Below, piece after piece: positions 12,053-24,384 of a DNA stretch of 64,000 bases; within the stretch, counting starts at the first letter, position 1; each line of letters opens with the position of its first letter. The DNA is taken from contig JBHGNT010000007.1 of the NCBI GenBank assembly GCA_043228905.1, positions 14,756,001-14,820,000 of the forward strand. The letters run 5' to 3'. Position numbers and translations under genes: made by a program. Below the pieces are notes generated by a model that saw only the letters and a program-made list of their open reading frames with translations, did not search any database and had not been told where the DNA came from. The stretch is from Azolla caroliniana. Its lineage: Eukaryota; Plantae; Polypodiophyta.

Positions 12053-15000
12053 TCACTTCGGCATGGGATGTCTCTCCAATCCGATCCTCTTCCGGCATGC
12101 TTCCAGCTTGTCGGGTGTGAGCACCTTGGTCAGCATATCCGACCCGTTCTCGTCCATGTGGATCTTCGTCAGCACGAACTCCTTGTCTTCTATCCTTTCC
12201 CGGATCCAGTGATATCTTCGCTGGATGTGCTTCGTCCGGGAGTGATAGGCCGCGTTCTTCGCAAGGTGGATGGCACTCTGACTGTCGCAGTAGAGTCGGT
12301 ACTCCTCCTGCCGGATACCGAGCTCTCTAATGAAGTCCTTCATCCATATCATTTCCTTGCCGGCTTCAACAACCGCCATGTACTCCGCCTCCATGGTTGA
12401 CAATGCAACCGTCTTCTGCAGCCTCGACTGCCACGAAACAGCTCCCCCTGCATACGTCATCACATATCCTGATGTGGACCGGCTGGTATTTGCATCAGCT
12501 GACATATCCGAATCGGTAAAGCCATCGAGTTCGGGCTTACAGGAGCCGAATCGGAGGCACACGTTTGCCGTGCCCTTCAGGTATCGGAGTATCCACTTGA
12601 CCGCGTTCCAGTGCTCCTTGCCGGGATTGCTCATGTACCGGCTCACCACTCCGACTGCATATCCTATGTCCGGTCTTGTACACACCATTGCGTACATCAG
12701 GCTTCCAACGGCAGAGGCATATGGCACTTTCATCATGTCCTCCTTCTCAGCCTTTGTCTTGGGGCTTTGCTTGCTGGACAACTTGCAGTTTGCCGGGAGG
12801 GTTGAACCTACCGGTCTTGCTTCCGACATGTTGAACCGGTGAAGCACCTTTGTCACATACTTCTCCTGTGACAGCCACAACTGCTTCTTCTTCCGGTCCC
12901 GGATGATGTGCATCCCTAGTATTTGCCTCGCCGGACCCAGGTCCTTCATTGAGAAGGTTCGGTGAAGTGCTTTCTTCAGCATCCGTATCTTGACCTGGTC
13001 CCGTCCGACGATCAACATGTCGTCCACGTACAGGAGGAGTATTAGAAAGTCTCCTCCTTCGAACTTCTTCACAAACACGCAGTGATCGGACTGCGTTTTG
13101 TGGTACCCTTCGTCTGTCATAAAGGAGTCGAACTTCCAGTACCATTGCCGGGGAGCCTGCTTCAGACCGTAAAGGCTCTTCTTCAACCGGCATACCAGGT
13201 GCTCCTTCCCTTTCTTCTCGAATCCTTCCGGTTGCTGCATGTAGATCTCTTCTTCGAGGTCACCGTGAAGGAATGCCGTCTTCACGTCCATCTGTTCTAC
13301 CTCGAGGTCCATGCTTGCCGCTATGCTCAGCACTGTCCGGATGGAGGTCATCTTCACTACCGGGGCAAATATCTCGTCGAAGTCGACGCCCTTCTTCTGC
13401 TGAAACCCCTTCACCACGATCCTGGCTTTGTATCTCGGGGGTTTTCCGGCATCTCCCGGTTTCAGCTTGAACACCCACTTGTTACGGAGTGCCCGTTTTC
13501 CTTTCGGCAACTCCACAAGTTCATATGTGTGGTTCTCATGCAGGGAATCCATCTCCTCCTGCATGGCACTTAACCACCTGCGGCTATGGGTGTCAAGCTT
13601 TGCTTCTTCAAAGCTCTCCGGCTCCCCCTCGTCGGTTAGCAGCACGTGCTCTGGTTCCGGAAATCTCTGGGGAGCCCTTCTCTCTCTTAGAGGATATCTC
13701 CGTTCCGGAGCTTCGGTAACCGGTTCTTCCGATTCTTCTTCATCCGAATCCATTTCGGGATCGGGGCCGGTTCCGGTATCATTTTCATCTTCTTCGACCG
13801 GTTCTGTTTCTTCACCGTCTTCGGCCGGATCTTCGAGTGTTAACCGGTCCCTTGCCGGTCGGGACTGCTCCTCGTAGAGTTGATTCTCACCGGTCGACTT
13901 GGAGCTCTTCATCTTCTTCTCCGACTCCCAGTCAGCGAGTGTCTTGTCCTCCATGAAGATGATATCTCGACTCCTGAATATCTTCTTGTCGACCGGGTCC
14001 CATACTCGGTAGCCGAACTCGTCGTCGCCGTAACCGAGGAATATGCATGGCCGGGTCTTTGGATCTAACTTTCCTCTCCGGTCCTTTGCCACATGCACAT
14101 ATGCGAGACACCCGAACACCTTCAGATGCCGGTAGGATACTTCTCTACCGGTCCATACTCTCTGCGGCGTGTCTCCGTCCAAAGGTACTGAGGGTGATCT
14201 GTTTATCACATATGTCGCCGTCGACATTGCCTCAGCCCAAAACCCCTTGGGTAATTTCGCATGCGCCAGCATACTCCGGACCCTCTCCATTATGGTCCGG
14301 TTCATCCTCTCGGCCAGCCCGTTCAGTTCCGGCGTCTTCGGCACAGTAAACTCGAGCCGGATTCCCTTCGAACGGCAATACTCCTCGAATTGCCCTCGGT
14401 ATTCTCCTCCGTTATCCGCTCGTAGTGCTTTCAGCTTCTTGCCGGATTCTCTTTCCACTCTCGCGTGGAGTTCTTTGAAGATGGACAATACTTGGTCCTT
14501 TGTCTTCAACGGTGCCGTCCACAGCTTCCGGCTATGGTCATCTATGAATGTTACGAAGTACTGGGCTCCGCCATGTGACTTCGTTTCTACCTGACACACA
14601 TCAGTGTGTACCAACTCCAATGGTACACTACGTCTCGTCGGTGGCCTTGAGTGGAAGGAGGTTCGGTTCTGCTTACCGGCCAGGCAATCGGTGCACTTCT
14701 CCAGGTGCACATGCTTCACTGGAATAAGGTTGTCTTCGGCAAGCCTCTTCATCCCCTTCTCGCTCATGTGGCACAGTCTCTTGTGCCACAGCTCACCGGC
14801 AGTGTCAGCTGCCACGTTCAGCTCCTCCGGACATAGCCGGGAATTCATCAGGTACAGCGTGTTGACCTTCCGGGCCCGAGCCACTATCAGGCTCCCTTTG
14901 CTGAACTTCATGACACCGTTCCGGATGCTACCCGTGTAGCCTTCATCGTCTAGCCTCCCGGCCGAAATCAGGTTCAATCGAACCTCCGGAACGTGTCGGA

Positions 15001-15274
15001 CATCCTTCAGCAGCATCTTGCATCCGGTTGATGTCATCAGCCACACGTCTCCTATGCCGGCAATCCGGCATGTACCTTCATTTCCCATCCGGACACAGCC
15101 GTGCTCACCGGCTGTGTAGGATGAGAAGTATTTCTTCTCCGGGGTCAGGTGGAACGACGCTCCGGAATCGACAACCCAGGTCATCTCTTCACCGGCAAGG
15201 TTCAGCTCCCTCTCTTCGGTAATGAGCATTATCTCTTCTTCACTTGCCGCGAGTGCCGTCGTTCCTTTCCGGTC
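12053..15274 (-). CDS. Copia B pol (PR-INT-RT-RH), in frame with gag after one TAG
   Basis: [48 protein letters not shown]. Confidence 0.95.
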   Translation of the reverse strand, partial: DRKGTTALAASEEEIMLITEERELNLAGEEMTWVVDSGASFHLTPEKKYFSSYTAGEHGCVRMGNEGTCRIAGIGDVWLMTSTGCKMLLKDVRHVPEVRLNLISAGRLDDEGYTGSIRNGVMKFSKGSLIVARARKVNTLYLMNSRLCPEELNVAADTAGELWHKRLCHMSEKGMKRLAEDNLIPVKHVHLEKCTDCLAGKQNRTSFHSRPPTRRSVPLELVHTDVCQVETKSHGGAQYFVTFIDDHSRKLWTAPLKTKDQVLSIFKELHARVERESGKKLKALRADNGGEYRGQFEEYCRSKGIRLEFTVPKTPELNGLAERMNRTIMERVRSMLAHAKLPKGFWAEAMSTATYVINRSPSVPLDGDTPQRVWTGREVSYRHLKVFGCLAYVHVAKDRRGKLDPKTRPCIFLGYGDDEFGYRVWDPVDKKIFRSRDIIFMEDKTLADWESEKKMKSSKSTGENQLYEEQSRPARDRLTLEDPAEDGEETEPVEEDENDTGTGPDPEMDSDEEESEEPVTEAPERRYPLRERRAPQRFPEPEHVLLTDEGEPESFEEAKLDTHSRRWLSAMQEEMDSLHENHTYELVELPKGKRALRNKWVFKLKPGDAGKPPRYKARIVVKGFQQKKGVDFDEIFAPVVKMTSIRTVLSIAASMDLEVEQMDVKTAFLHGDLEEEIYMQQPEGFEKKGKEHLVCRLKKSLYGLKQAPRQWYWKFDSFMTDEGYHKTQSDHCVFVKKFEGGDFLILLLYVDDMLIVGRDQVKIRMLKKALHRTFSMKDLGPARQILGMHIIRDRKKKQLWLSQEKYVTKVLHRFNMSEARPVGSTLPANCKLSSKQSPKTKAEKEDMMKVPYASAVGSLMYAMVCTRPDIGYAVGVVSRYMSNPGKEHWNAVKWILRYLKGTANVCLRFGSCKPELDGFTDSDMSADANTSRSTSGYVMTYAGGAVSWQSRLQKTVALSTMEAEYMAVVEAGKEMIWMKDFIRELGIRQEEYRLYCDSQSAIHLAKNAAYHSRTKHIQRRYHWIRERIEDKEFVLTKIHMDENGSDMLTKVLTPDKLEACRKRIGLERHPMPK

Positions 15275-16126
15275 CTACCCTCGCCGATCCGGACCTCTCC
15301 GGTCCGTGGCTCCCCGGTATGCACCGTTTCGCTCCGGTGACTTCTTCGAATCGGTACCGTCGGTTCCGTTGTCTTTCCGGAAATGCCGACAGTTCTTCTG
15401 GAAGTGCCCCGGCTTCCCACAGTAGAAGCATGTAGGTCTTCCTCTCGACTGCGACCGTGTCCCCGACTTCTCCCGTCTTTGCGGACTCCGGTTCCGTTGT
15501 CTTCCGCGTTCCGATTCGGTAAGCAGCGCCTTCGAGTCGGAGGCCGGTTCTTTATCTCTCCGACGCGCTTCTTCATTTAGGATACTTGTCTTTACCGTTA
15601 GTAAAGACAAGTTCTCTTCCTTACAGGAGGTGCTGAGAGTAACTACCAAGTTTTCCCAGCTCTCCGGAGGGGTACACATCAGCATGATGGCTTGCATTGC
15701 GTCATCCAACGGGAACTTGATCGCCGCAAGCTGGTTCACGAATCCCATGAATGTGCTGACGTGTTCGACCATGCTCTCGCCGTCCCGGTACTTAAGATTC
15801 ACTATCTTCCTCATCAGGGAGGTCCGGGTCAGAGCATTCTTCCTCTCATACAGTCCGGACAGCTTCTGCCACATCTCATAGGCATTCGTATCGTTCGCCA
15901 CATGTTGCAGGACACTTACATCGACATATTGCCGGATCGTCGCTACGGCTTTCCGGTTCAGGAGCTTCCACTCCGACTCTATTACCCCCTTGGGTATCTC
16001 AGCATTGTCTATCGGTTCGTACAGGTCTCGAATGATGAGAAGGTCTTCCATCTTTATCTTCAAATCGGCGTAGTTCTGCGCATTCAGCACCATCATCCCC
16101 GGCTGCCCGCTGCCGCCGCCTTCCAT
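15275..16126 (-). CDS. Copia B gag with CCHC zinc knuckle
   Basis: CFYCGKPGHFQKNC; UBN2-type gag motifs. Confidence 0.93.
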   Translation of the reverse strand: MEGGGSGQPGMMVLNAQNYADLKIKMEDLLIIRDLYEPIDNAEIPKGVIESEWKLLNRKAVATIRQYVDVSVLQHVANDTNAYEMWQKLSGLYERKNALTRTSLMRKIVNLKYRDGESMVEHVSTFMGFVNQLAAIKFPLDDAMQAIMLMCTPPESWENLVVTLSTSCKEENLSLLTVKTSILNEEARRRDKEPASDSKALLTESERGRQRNRSPQRREKSGTRSQSRGRPTCFYCGKPGHFQKNCRHFRKDNGTDGTDSKKSPERNGAYRGATDRRGPDRRG

Positions 16127-19100
16127 TTTCTGTGTTACCGTCGCTCTGATACCACTTTGTTACACTCAGTGCTCGGCCACAACCGAGGAATAGGTTCAAC
16201 TCACAGAAAACGGGAAGTACAAAAGAAACACGAAGGCAACAGAGAGAAGAGTACACAGGATATTTGCGTGGAAAACCCTAAGTGGGAAAAACCACGGGAG
16301 TCCTCAAACTCCAACTATCACTATAGACAGAGATGTACAATGGTGAATCTACAAGGCGACAACCTTGAGCTCACTGTCTTCGCCACAGGCGGCGGTATTA
16401 CACAGAGGCGTCAACCTCTTCCTCTGTTACGCTCTATCTCTCTCACGGCTGCTCTCTCTTCACTCCTCTTGAGTGGAAAACAGAAAAATGAGCAACAACA
16501 ATAAAACAGTTTGCCCTAAGTCATATTTATACACATATGACTTTCGGGATATTTACAACTATAGCCTCAAGGGCCCTTGGCAAACATATTCACAAATATG
16601 TCCCCGCATCCGGATCTCTCTCCGGGTACACTCATCATCCGGCTCCGTAGCTGGGGTCTTCATCATCCGGCTCCGTAGTCGGGTACTCTTCATCCGGCTT
16701 CATGCCGGGTACTCTTCATGCTCCGGTTTCGTAACCGCAACCGGGCTTGCCGTCATTCATCTCCGGACATCCGACCATCCCATCCGGAGGGACCGTAATC
16801 CCAACAAGGGAAACCAATCGGAAGCTGAAGGCGGTTCGAGCGGACAACAGAGGAGAATACCGGGGGTAGTTCAAGGAGTATTTTCGGTCGAAGGGAATCC
16901 GTCTCGAATTCACCATGCCGAAGATGCTAGAACTGAACGAGTTGGCTGAAGGGATGAACTGGACCATAATGGAGAGAGTCTAGGGCATGCTAGCACATGT
17001 AAAGTTACCTAAGATGTTTTGGGTTGAGGTGCTAATGACGGCGACCTATGTGATAAACAGATCACCCTCAACGCCCTTGGAAGGAGAGTCGCCACAGAAA
17101 GTATGGACCGGTAAAGACGTGTCTTATCGGCATCTGAAGGTGTTCATTGTCTCACTTACGTACATGTTGCAAAGGACAAGAGAGCGACATTGGATCTGAA
17201 GTCCCGGCCATGCATATTCCTTAGATACAGCGATGATGAGTTTGGATACTGAGTGTGGGATTTGGTCGACAAGAAGGTGTTCCGAGCTTGAGACATAGTC
17301 TTCATGGAAGAGAAGATAGGAGTCGAAGAAGAAGATAGCAGACTCCGGATCGACCAATGGGACCCATCCAGCCGAAAGTCGGATAACACTCGAAGAACCG
17401 GCCAGAGTCAGACAAGAGACCAAATCGATCGAAGAAGAAGAAGATCAGGACACCAGAACCGGACAACACCCCGAATCGGATTCGGAAGAAGATATCCTCT
17501 CAGGGAGAGAAGAGCCCACTGGAGATTTCCGGATGTAGAACATGTGTTGTTGATCGATGAGGGGGAGCCGGAAAGCTTCAAAGAAGCAAATAAAGACACC
17601 CACAACCGCAAGTGGTTAAATGCCATGCAGGATGAGATGGATTCCCTACATGAGAACCACACATATGAGCTGACGGAGTTGCCGAAGGGAAAGAGAGCAC
17701 TCCGGAACAAGTGGGTGTACAAGCTAAAACCGGGAGACTCTAGAAATCCACCAAGGTATAAGGCCCACATTGTGGTGAAGGGCTTCCCACAGAAGAAAGG
17801 AGTGGATTTTGATGAGATCTTTGCCACGGTAGTGAAGATGGCATCCATCCGAACGGTATTGAGCATAGCGACAAGCATGAACCTCTAGGTAGAGCAACTA
17901 GACGTCAATTCGGCGTTCCTACATGGCGACCTCGAAGAAGAGATCTACATGCAACAACCAGAAGGATTTGTGAAGAAAGGGAAGGAGAACCTAGTATGCC
18001 AGTTGAAGAAGAGCTTATACGGACTGAAGCAAGCTCCCCGGCAATGGTACCGGAAGTTCGACTCCTTCATGACCAATCAAAGATACCACAAAGCATAGGC
18101 CGATCATTGTGTATTTGTAAAAATTTTGACGGAAGAGACTTCTTGATACTCCTACTATATGTGGATGACATGTTGATCGTCGGACCAAACCAAACCAAAA
18201 TCGGGAATCTGAAGAAGGCCTTGAACCGGACCTTCTCAATGAAAGATTGGGGCCCAGCGAGACAGATATTGGGGATGCACATAGTCCGGGACCGGATGAA
18301 GAAGCTATTGTGGTTGTCATAGGAGGAGTATGTGACAAAGGTACTGCAACGGTTCAGCATGTCGAATGCCAAGCCGGTCGAGTCGACACTCTCGGCAAAT
18401 TGCAAGTTGTCCAAAAAGCAAAGTCCAAAGACAAAGGCAGAGAAGTCGGAAATGATGAAGATACCATATGCCTCTGCCATCGGAAGCTTGACGTATGCAA
18501 TGGTGTGTACCCGATCGGATATTGGATACGTTATCGGAGTAATCAACTGGTTCATGAGCAATCCCGGAAGAGAACACTAGACCGTGGTCAAGTGGATACT
18601 CCGGTACTTAAAAGGCACCTCGAGTTGTGCCTCTAAATTCGGCTCTGGAAAACCCCAACTTGAAGGATTCACGGATTCAGATATGTTGGCTGATGCGGAT
18701 ACCAGTCGGTCAACTTCCGGTTATATTATGACATATGCAGGGGGAGTTGTATCGTGGCAATCGAGGTTGCAGAAGTCTTTGCACTATCAACAACAGAAGC
18801 GGAGTACGTGGTGGCCGTAGAAGCCGGTAAAGAGGTAATCTAGATGAAGGACTTCATTGGAGAGCTAGGGATTCAACAAGAGGAAATCCGGCTCCACTAG
18901 GACAGTCAAAGTGTCATCCACCTTCGAAGAACATGACCTACCACTCCCGGACCAAGCACATCCAGAGGCGATATCACTGGCTCCGGGAGACGGTAGAAGA
19001 TAAAAAGTTCCTACTGATGAAGATCCATACAGAGGAGAACGGGTCAGACATGCTGACCAAGGTGTTGTCAACCGACAAGCTAGACGTGTGCAGGAGACGG

Positions 19101-19408
19101 ATCGAAGTGACAAGACATCCCATGTCAGAGTGAAGGGGGAGCTTGTTGGGAATTCGGTCCCTACGAATGAGAACCGAACGAGTTGGATCGAATGAGCCAA
19201 AGGAAGGAACTGGACCGGACGGAACCGGAAGCTTTCCGGATGAATCCGGTGTGAACCGGATCCAGGGACATACCTGTAAATATGTTTCTAGAGGGCTTGT
19301 CATGGCCATATTTGTAAATAGTCCTAAAGTCATATAAGTATAAATATGACTTAGGGCAACCACTTATAAAAGATATAGTGGTCATTAGAGGTGTTATTAT
19401 TGTTGTAG

Positions 19409-19413
<5 letters not shown>

Positions 19414-19468
<55 letters not shown>
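19414..19468. repeat. (GA)n microsatellite in Copia A LTR
   Basis: Direct inspection. Confidence 0.95.
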
Positions 19469-19472
<4 letters not shown>

Positions 19473-20509
19473 TAAAAGCTTGTCTGTTGTAACCGTTGGT
19501 TGGCGAAGACATAGAGCTCGCGGTTGTTGCCTCTGAATTTCTCTTTGTATCCTCTTCTCATAGTGATAGTTGGAGTCTGTGGGCTCTCGTGGTTTTTCCC
19601 CATTTAGGGTTTTCCACGTTAACATCTGGTGTCATCTCATTCTGCGTAAGTGCATTATTCTTATTTTCATTTCTTGCTTTCTTCCATTGAGTGTTTAAGA
19701 CTCGGTTGTGGCCGAGCCCCATTCCACACAACCTTAAGGTAGAGTGAACTTGATATTGTGGAGTTGAGGGATAGGTTATCCTCTTGCATTGTAAATGTTT
19801 AGGCAAGGTGGATTAAGTAGTTTTAGTGTTGGTCACCATTATTTGATCCCTTCATTCTGTTTGTTCTCATATTGTTGGTATAAATGATCTTGAGCCAAAG
19901 AGTGTAAGTAGCACATTGTGAGTGAGTGGGTGCACAATTTGTGGAAGATTGTGTGTGGATGAAGCCATCACGACCCAAATGTGGCTAACATCCACCACAT
20001 CAAATTAGTGAGTATTATTGTGCTTGTATCTAATGCATGTATACTAAATAAATTTCAATATAATAAGTTATATGTTTTAAATGGATAATATATTATACTA
20101 CATGGATAATATAGGAAGGACAAAATCAAACAAGTAAGAACCAAATTCATTACCAAAAGAGTGATGATGATGAAATGTTAATTATAATGGTGATGATAAT
20201 GATAATCTTGGAAGTGATGATAAATGATTATGCTTCTGGCATTTTTGTCAAATATTTTTTCTGTAAATAATGATCATAATGTTATGATACATGCAAACCT
20301 TAAACATTCATTGGAGTTTTAGCATAAAGAAATGTAAAGTGGGCCTCCAAATATGAAGAGAAATGTGGTTTGACATGAATTATGTGTGGAGAAGTCTATA
20401 ATATATATGAGTGAAAGAGGCATGAGAATAGAGACAAGACATGGATGAAAAAAATATATGGATATTCTCTTCTCATAGCATATTGCAATGGGTATGCACT
20501 GCAATAAAG

Positions 20510-20770
20510 TTCCATATTTGAAGGCTCATAATGTCTCGAATAATGTGACACATAGGAATTGGCAATTGTTCAACTTGTGTTGAATTGACAATTTGATTCG
20601 TTAACGTTTAAAATTTTATCGACTAAAAATTGAAGGGCCGCAAATAATTAATGAAATTCATAACTGGTATGTAATGTAGCAATGTTCCATATTTGAGGGC
20701 TCATAATGTTTGAAGTAGTGTGACACGTAGGAATCAACAATGGTTCATTTTGAGGTGAATTGATGGTTTA
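20510..20770. repeat. Diverged local duplication, period ~174 bp
   Basis: TTCCATATTTGA(A/G)GGCTCATAATGT...TGTGACAC(A/G)TAGGAAT at ~20510 and ~20685. Confidence 0.7.
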
Positions 20771-21869
20771 GTTTGGCTTGGGGGTTTAAGAGCGAGTTCA
20801 ATTTATGTCTCTACTGGTATAATGGCTTGCAATTTATCCTGCTTGGAACCATGGCTTAAACAACTTAATTGTTTCGGGGAATTTTTTGAAATATTTACTA
20901 AATATATAAACTATGTAATATTTACCAAACATTAGTAAGAGTTTAAAACTATGAATTGGTAAATCTCTACACAATAATTTGTTAGTTAACTCTATATAGG
21001 CAATGCTTTAACACTATGTCTTTTCTTCATACCAACATGAGTGACTCTTTTTTTATGTTTCTCATATGAATCTAGCCTAAGTAGTACTAGAATTTCCTAA
21101 ATTGAGTAGTCTTCACCAACACTCTAATTGAGAAATCTTCCATGATTTTCATATGAATGAAATTAAGCTTGGTATGTAAAAAAAATGTGTTACCTTTATA
21201 GAAATCAACTTCTTGAAGCACTTGACTTTGACTTGAATGTTAATTTTTGTATTAGTCCATGATGTATACTAACTTATAAAGTTATATCTCATAGCAATGT
21301 ACGGTAAAAAAGTTTAAGTTGCAACGTGCACTTGCTTCTCATCCTTTAGATATCTATTGTGATTTTTTATTGGATGCGGCAAATATTGATACAAGAATGT
21401 AGGTTTTCTATGTCACGTTATTAGTAATGGATTTAACATTCTTCAAATATATATAATTCATGCACACAAAATCACATGCAAATATAGCATCTTTTATTAA
21501 TGTTCCATTATATTCATGTTTATAAACTATGTTTAAAGAACCTTGCTTGGTCGTCTACCATACTCTTTTAATAAAACTTGCAAACACTTTCAATAACTAA
21601 GGACTTTTGAAATAATAGAGTGAATAAGCGATGACATATGTTCCACAAACTTGAAAGGGATTATCACTCCTTTTATAAGGCCATTTATTTCATAAGGGAA
21701 AATAATGTGTGCCACACTATATGAACCCATAACATCCACAATTGGGTGTAATATGTTGAAACGTCTCGCGTTATCATACTCATATCAAACTAAGGAGAAG
21801 TAATTAAGTTTTGGGTAAATGGCAAAACTTTTTTAATTTTGAATGCTTTAAGGACACATGATGCTACTT

Positions 21870-22374
21870 TAATGTTCAAGTGCCTTTCCTTCATAGACAG
21901 GCTATTGTAAATCTAATTCTTCAATTGAATTTAGGATAATTACTATATGTCCAATATTATTATATATATATACATCACATTATGTCTATGCTTTCCAAGT
22001 CATGATAGATGTACTTAGCGAATGGATAATGCTTAGGAAAAGGTCAATAGTAACCCCTATTGTAGAAACAAGTAACTGATCTTATGTCCTCAACAAAAAC
22101 ATTCTTCTTATCAAATAAGTAGCTAATGTTCAAGTGCCTTTCCTTCATAAACAGGATTTTGTAAATCTAATTCTTCAATTGAATTTAGGATAATTACTAT
22201 ATGTCCAATATTATTATATATATATACATCACATTATGTCTATGCTTTCCAAGTCATGATAGATGTACTTAGCGAATGGATACTAATTAGATAAAGGTCA
22301 ATAGTAAACCCTATTGTAGAAACAAGTAACTGATCTTATGTCCTCAACAAAAACATTTTTCTTATCAAATAAGT
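21870..22374. repeat. Tandem duplication, period 254 bp
   Basis: TAATGTTCAAGTGCC...ATCAAATAAGT occurs twice with few differences. Confidence 0.92.
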
Positions 22375-24384
22375 GACTTCTAGAATGAAAGGGTGTGTGA
22401 GATTTTACCACATGTTTGAAATACAAACATTGTTTTAGTATTTTTGGTGGAAACTTTTAAACAAAATTGAAGTAGTTTTCTTTAAAATGTTTGACAACTG
22501 TTGGGGCTTCCGGGATTCCTCAAAACATATCATATCCTCGATGTGAACAAAAGTCAATGTGAACACGTACATGTTTTAGGATGGTTTCTAAATCTGAATT
22601 GCGAGGAACCTCGTGCCTCCATAGTGCAAGAGTGAGATGCACACATGCAATTTTATAATGGTGGACAAGATAAAATAGTACACTATCAAATGGCCTTAAT
22701 GGTGGACATGTTCAATGCAACCCTAGCATAATGGAGACCCCCCGAAGCCCATTGTTATTAAGTGGATCCAATATTCGTATTGTGAGTGAGGATATATATA
22801 ACTACATAATAATGTGTGTATGTATGTATATTTGTGTGCATATACATTATTTTCCAAAAAGTTTTGGTCGGTGGTTGAAACTTTGGGCTTCATTCATTGC
22901 TACATTTTATAATCAAAATATACACTCTTGGCTGGACATGAAAGAGCCGTTGTATTTGAACATTCAAAATGAGGGAGTTGATGTACGAATATGACATAGG
23001 GCAGACACATCTAATCATATATGATAAAGATCATTCAATAGGGCATACTTTTGAGATTCTCTTTTGGACATATGTCTCTGCATAGAACCAAATTCAAAAA
23101 AATCATATAATGATGCTTCATGCACCTAAATTCCACCTTTTCCTATAAATTAAGGTGTGAAAGCAAAAACATAACTAATTTTGTCCACAAAAGCCGTGTG
23201 AATTTATTGTTCATTTAAATAAGTCACATTTCCATAAAAATGAAACCTTGATCCTTTGGTAAAGAAATTCGTATTTAAATAAGGCACAAGAGTGGCGACG
23301 ACTTGATCAATAGTTCAATATTCAATGGGTGGGTGACTTAAACTTATTTTACTTGTCAATTATAGAGCCAAAATAGTTTAATAGACATGTTTAAGCATAT
23401 TAGAGATATGACAAATTCTCGTTTGACATAGTTGCTAATATATTTAATTTTGATTCCATTTGGCTTTGTTACATATAAGAGAAGATCCAAAGACACATCC
23501 AAGAGTGCTTCACAATTGAATTTTACATAGATTTTCCCCAAATACATCATAGCAAACATTAATGGCGATTAGGAATAATGCAATCATTACAAACATACTA
23601 ACAGGTATAATATAGCAAATGCTCAGAACTCGAAAATTAAAATCAATACATAATGTTCTCTCTACCCTTGCTAGACATTTCCCTTGGTCAGTGGAAATTT
23701 TCATTGTGTTTTCCTTTGGATAAGTGATTGACAAGATGGAATCCCCCACATCATTTCCTTTGTAGGAATCATATATTGATCTTTGTTTCGCAAGGTATGC
23801 TTCACCTTCTTGACACAAGTAACGTACTAACTGACAGTGTGGGGATTGTGGTGGTGAGATGAGTCGGCATTATGGAAATGATAGTGCACAAATGGGGCAT
23901 CCAAGGGGAGGAAGATTCAATTATCTTACTTTAAAGATGGACCCTTGCTAGCCACCCCACCCAGTTATTCATGTGTTGTGTTGCCGGTTCAGGTCCACAA
24001 TCTTAGGTCCTAACTCCTAATCCCCATAATCGTACGATGAGAGAAACCATAGGGATTTGAACCCAATCCTCTCCATTACACATTGTTAGGGAAAACCTAT
24101 GTCTTGCATCACCTACAAATGCTCATAGTTTTAGGTCCCCTATGCTTAGAATTGAACAACTAAAGGTCCTAGCTTTAGGCCCCTCACGATGTCGAATGGG
24201 TAGTGATCAATCTGAGTGGGAAACAATGTATCTCATGGAAAAACAACCTACAAGTGTAGGCTCTTTGTGAGACACAAATTCGTGAAAAAAACGAGGTAAC
24301 TTTAATCCCTTGAGGTTTTGTAACCTGCCTTCTCTTATGATTTTTAATATCATCACTACACATAACACCCGATTCACCTTGCTT

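Larger units (their letters stand above)
11366..16806 (-). mobile_element. Copia B (Tork/Tnt1-like), young full-length; LTRs 11366-12042 and 16158-16806; TSD AGGGA
   Basis: TSD at 11361-11365 and 16807-16811; Met PBS TGGTATCAGAGCG 16154-16142; PPT at 12043-12054; LTRs differ by a few SNPs and one 28-bp repeat unit. Confidence 0.97.
9639..19730 (+). mobile_element. Copia A (Tork/Tnt1-like), decayed; 5' LTR remnant 9639-9714, 3' LTR 19144-19730; interrupted by Copia B
   Basis: Decayed Met PBS TAGTATCAAAGC at 9718; gag, WVVDS protease, GAG-pre-integrase, YVDD RT, RNase H with many stops; PPT GAAGGGGGAG before 19144. Confidence 0.92.

Noticed and set aside
22731-23818. Short ORFs upstream of the glucanase
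   Set aside because: AT-rich, no recognisable motifs; likely chance ORFs.
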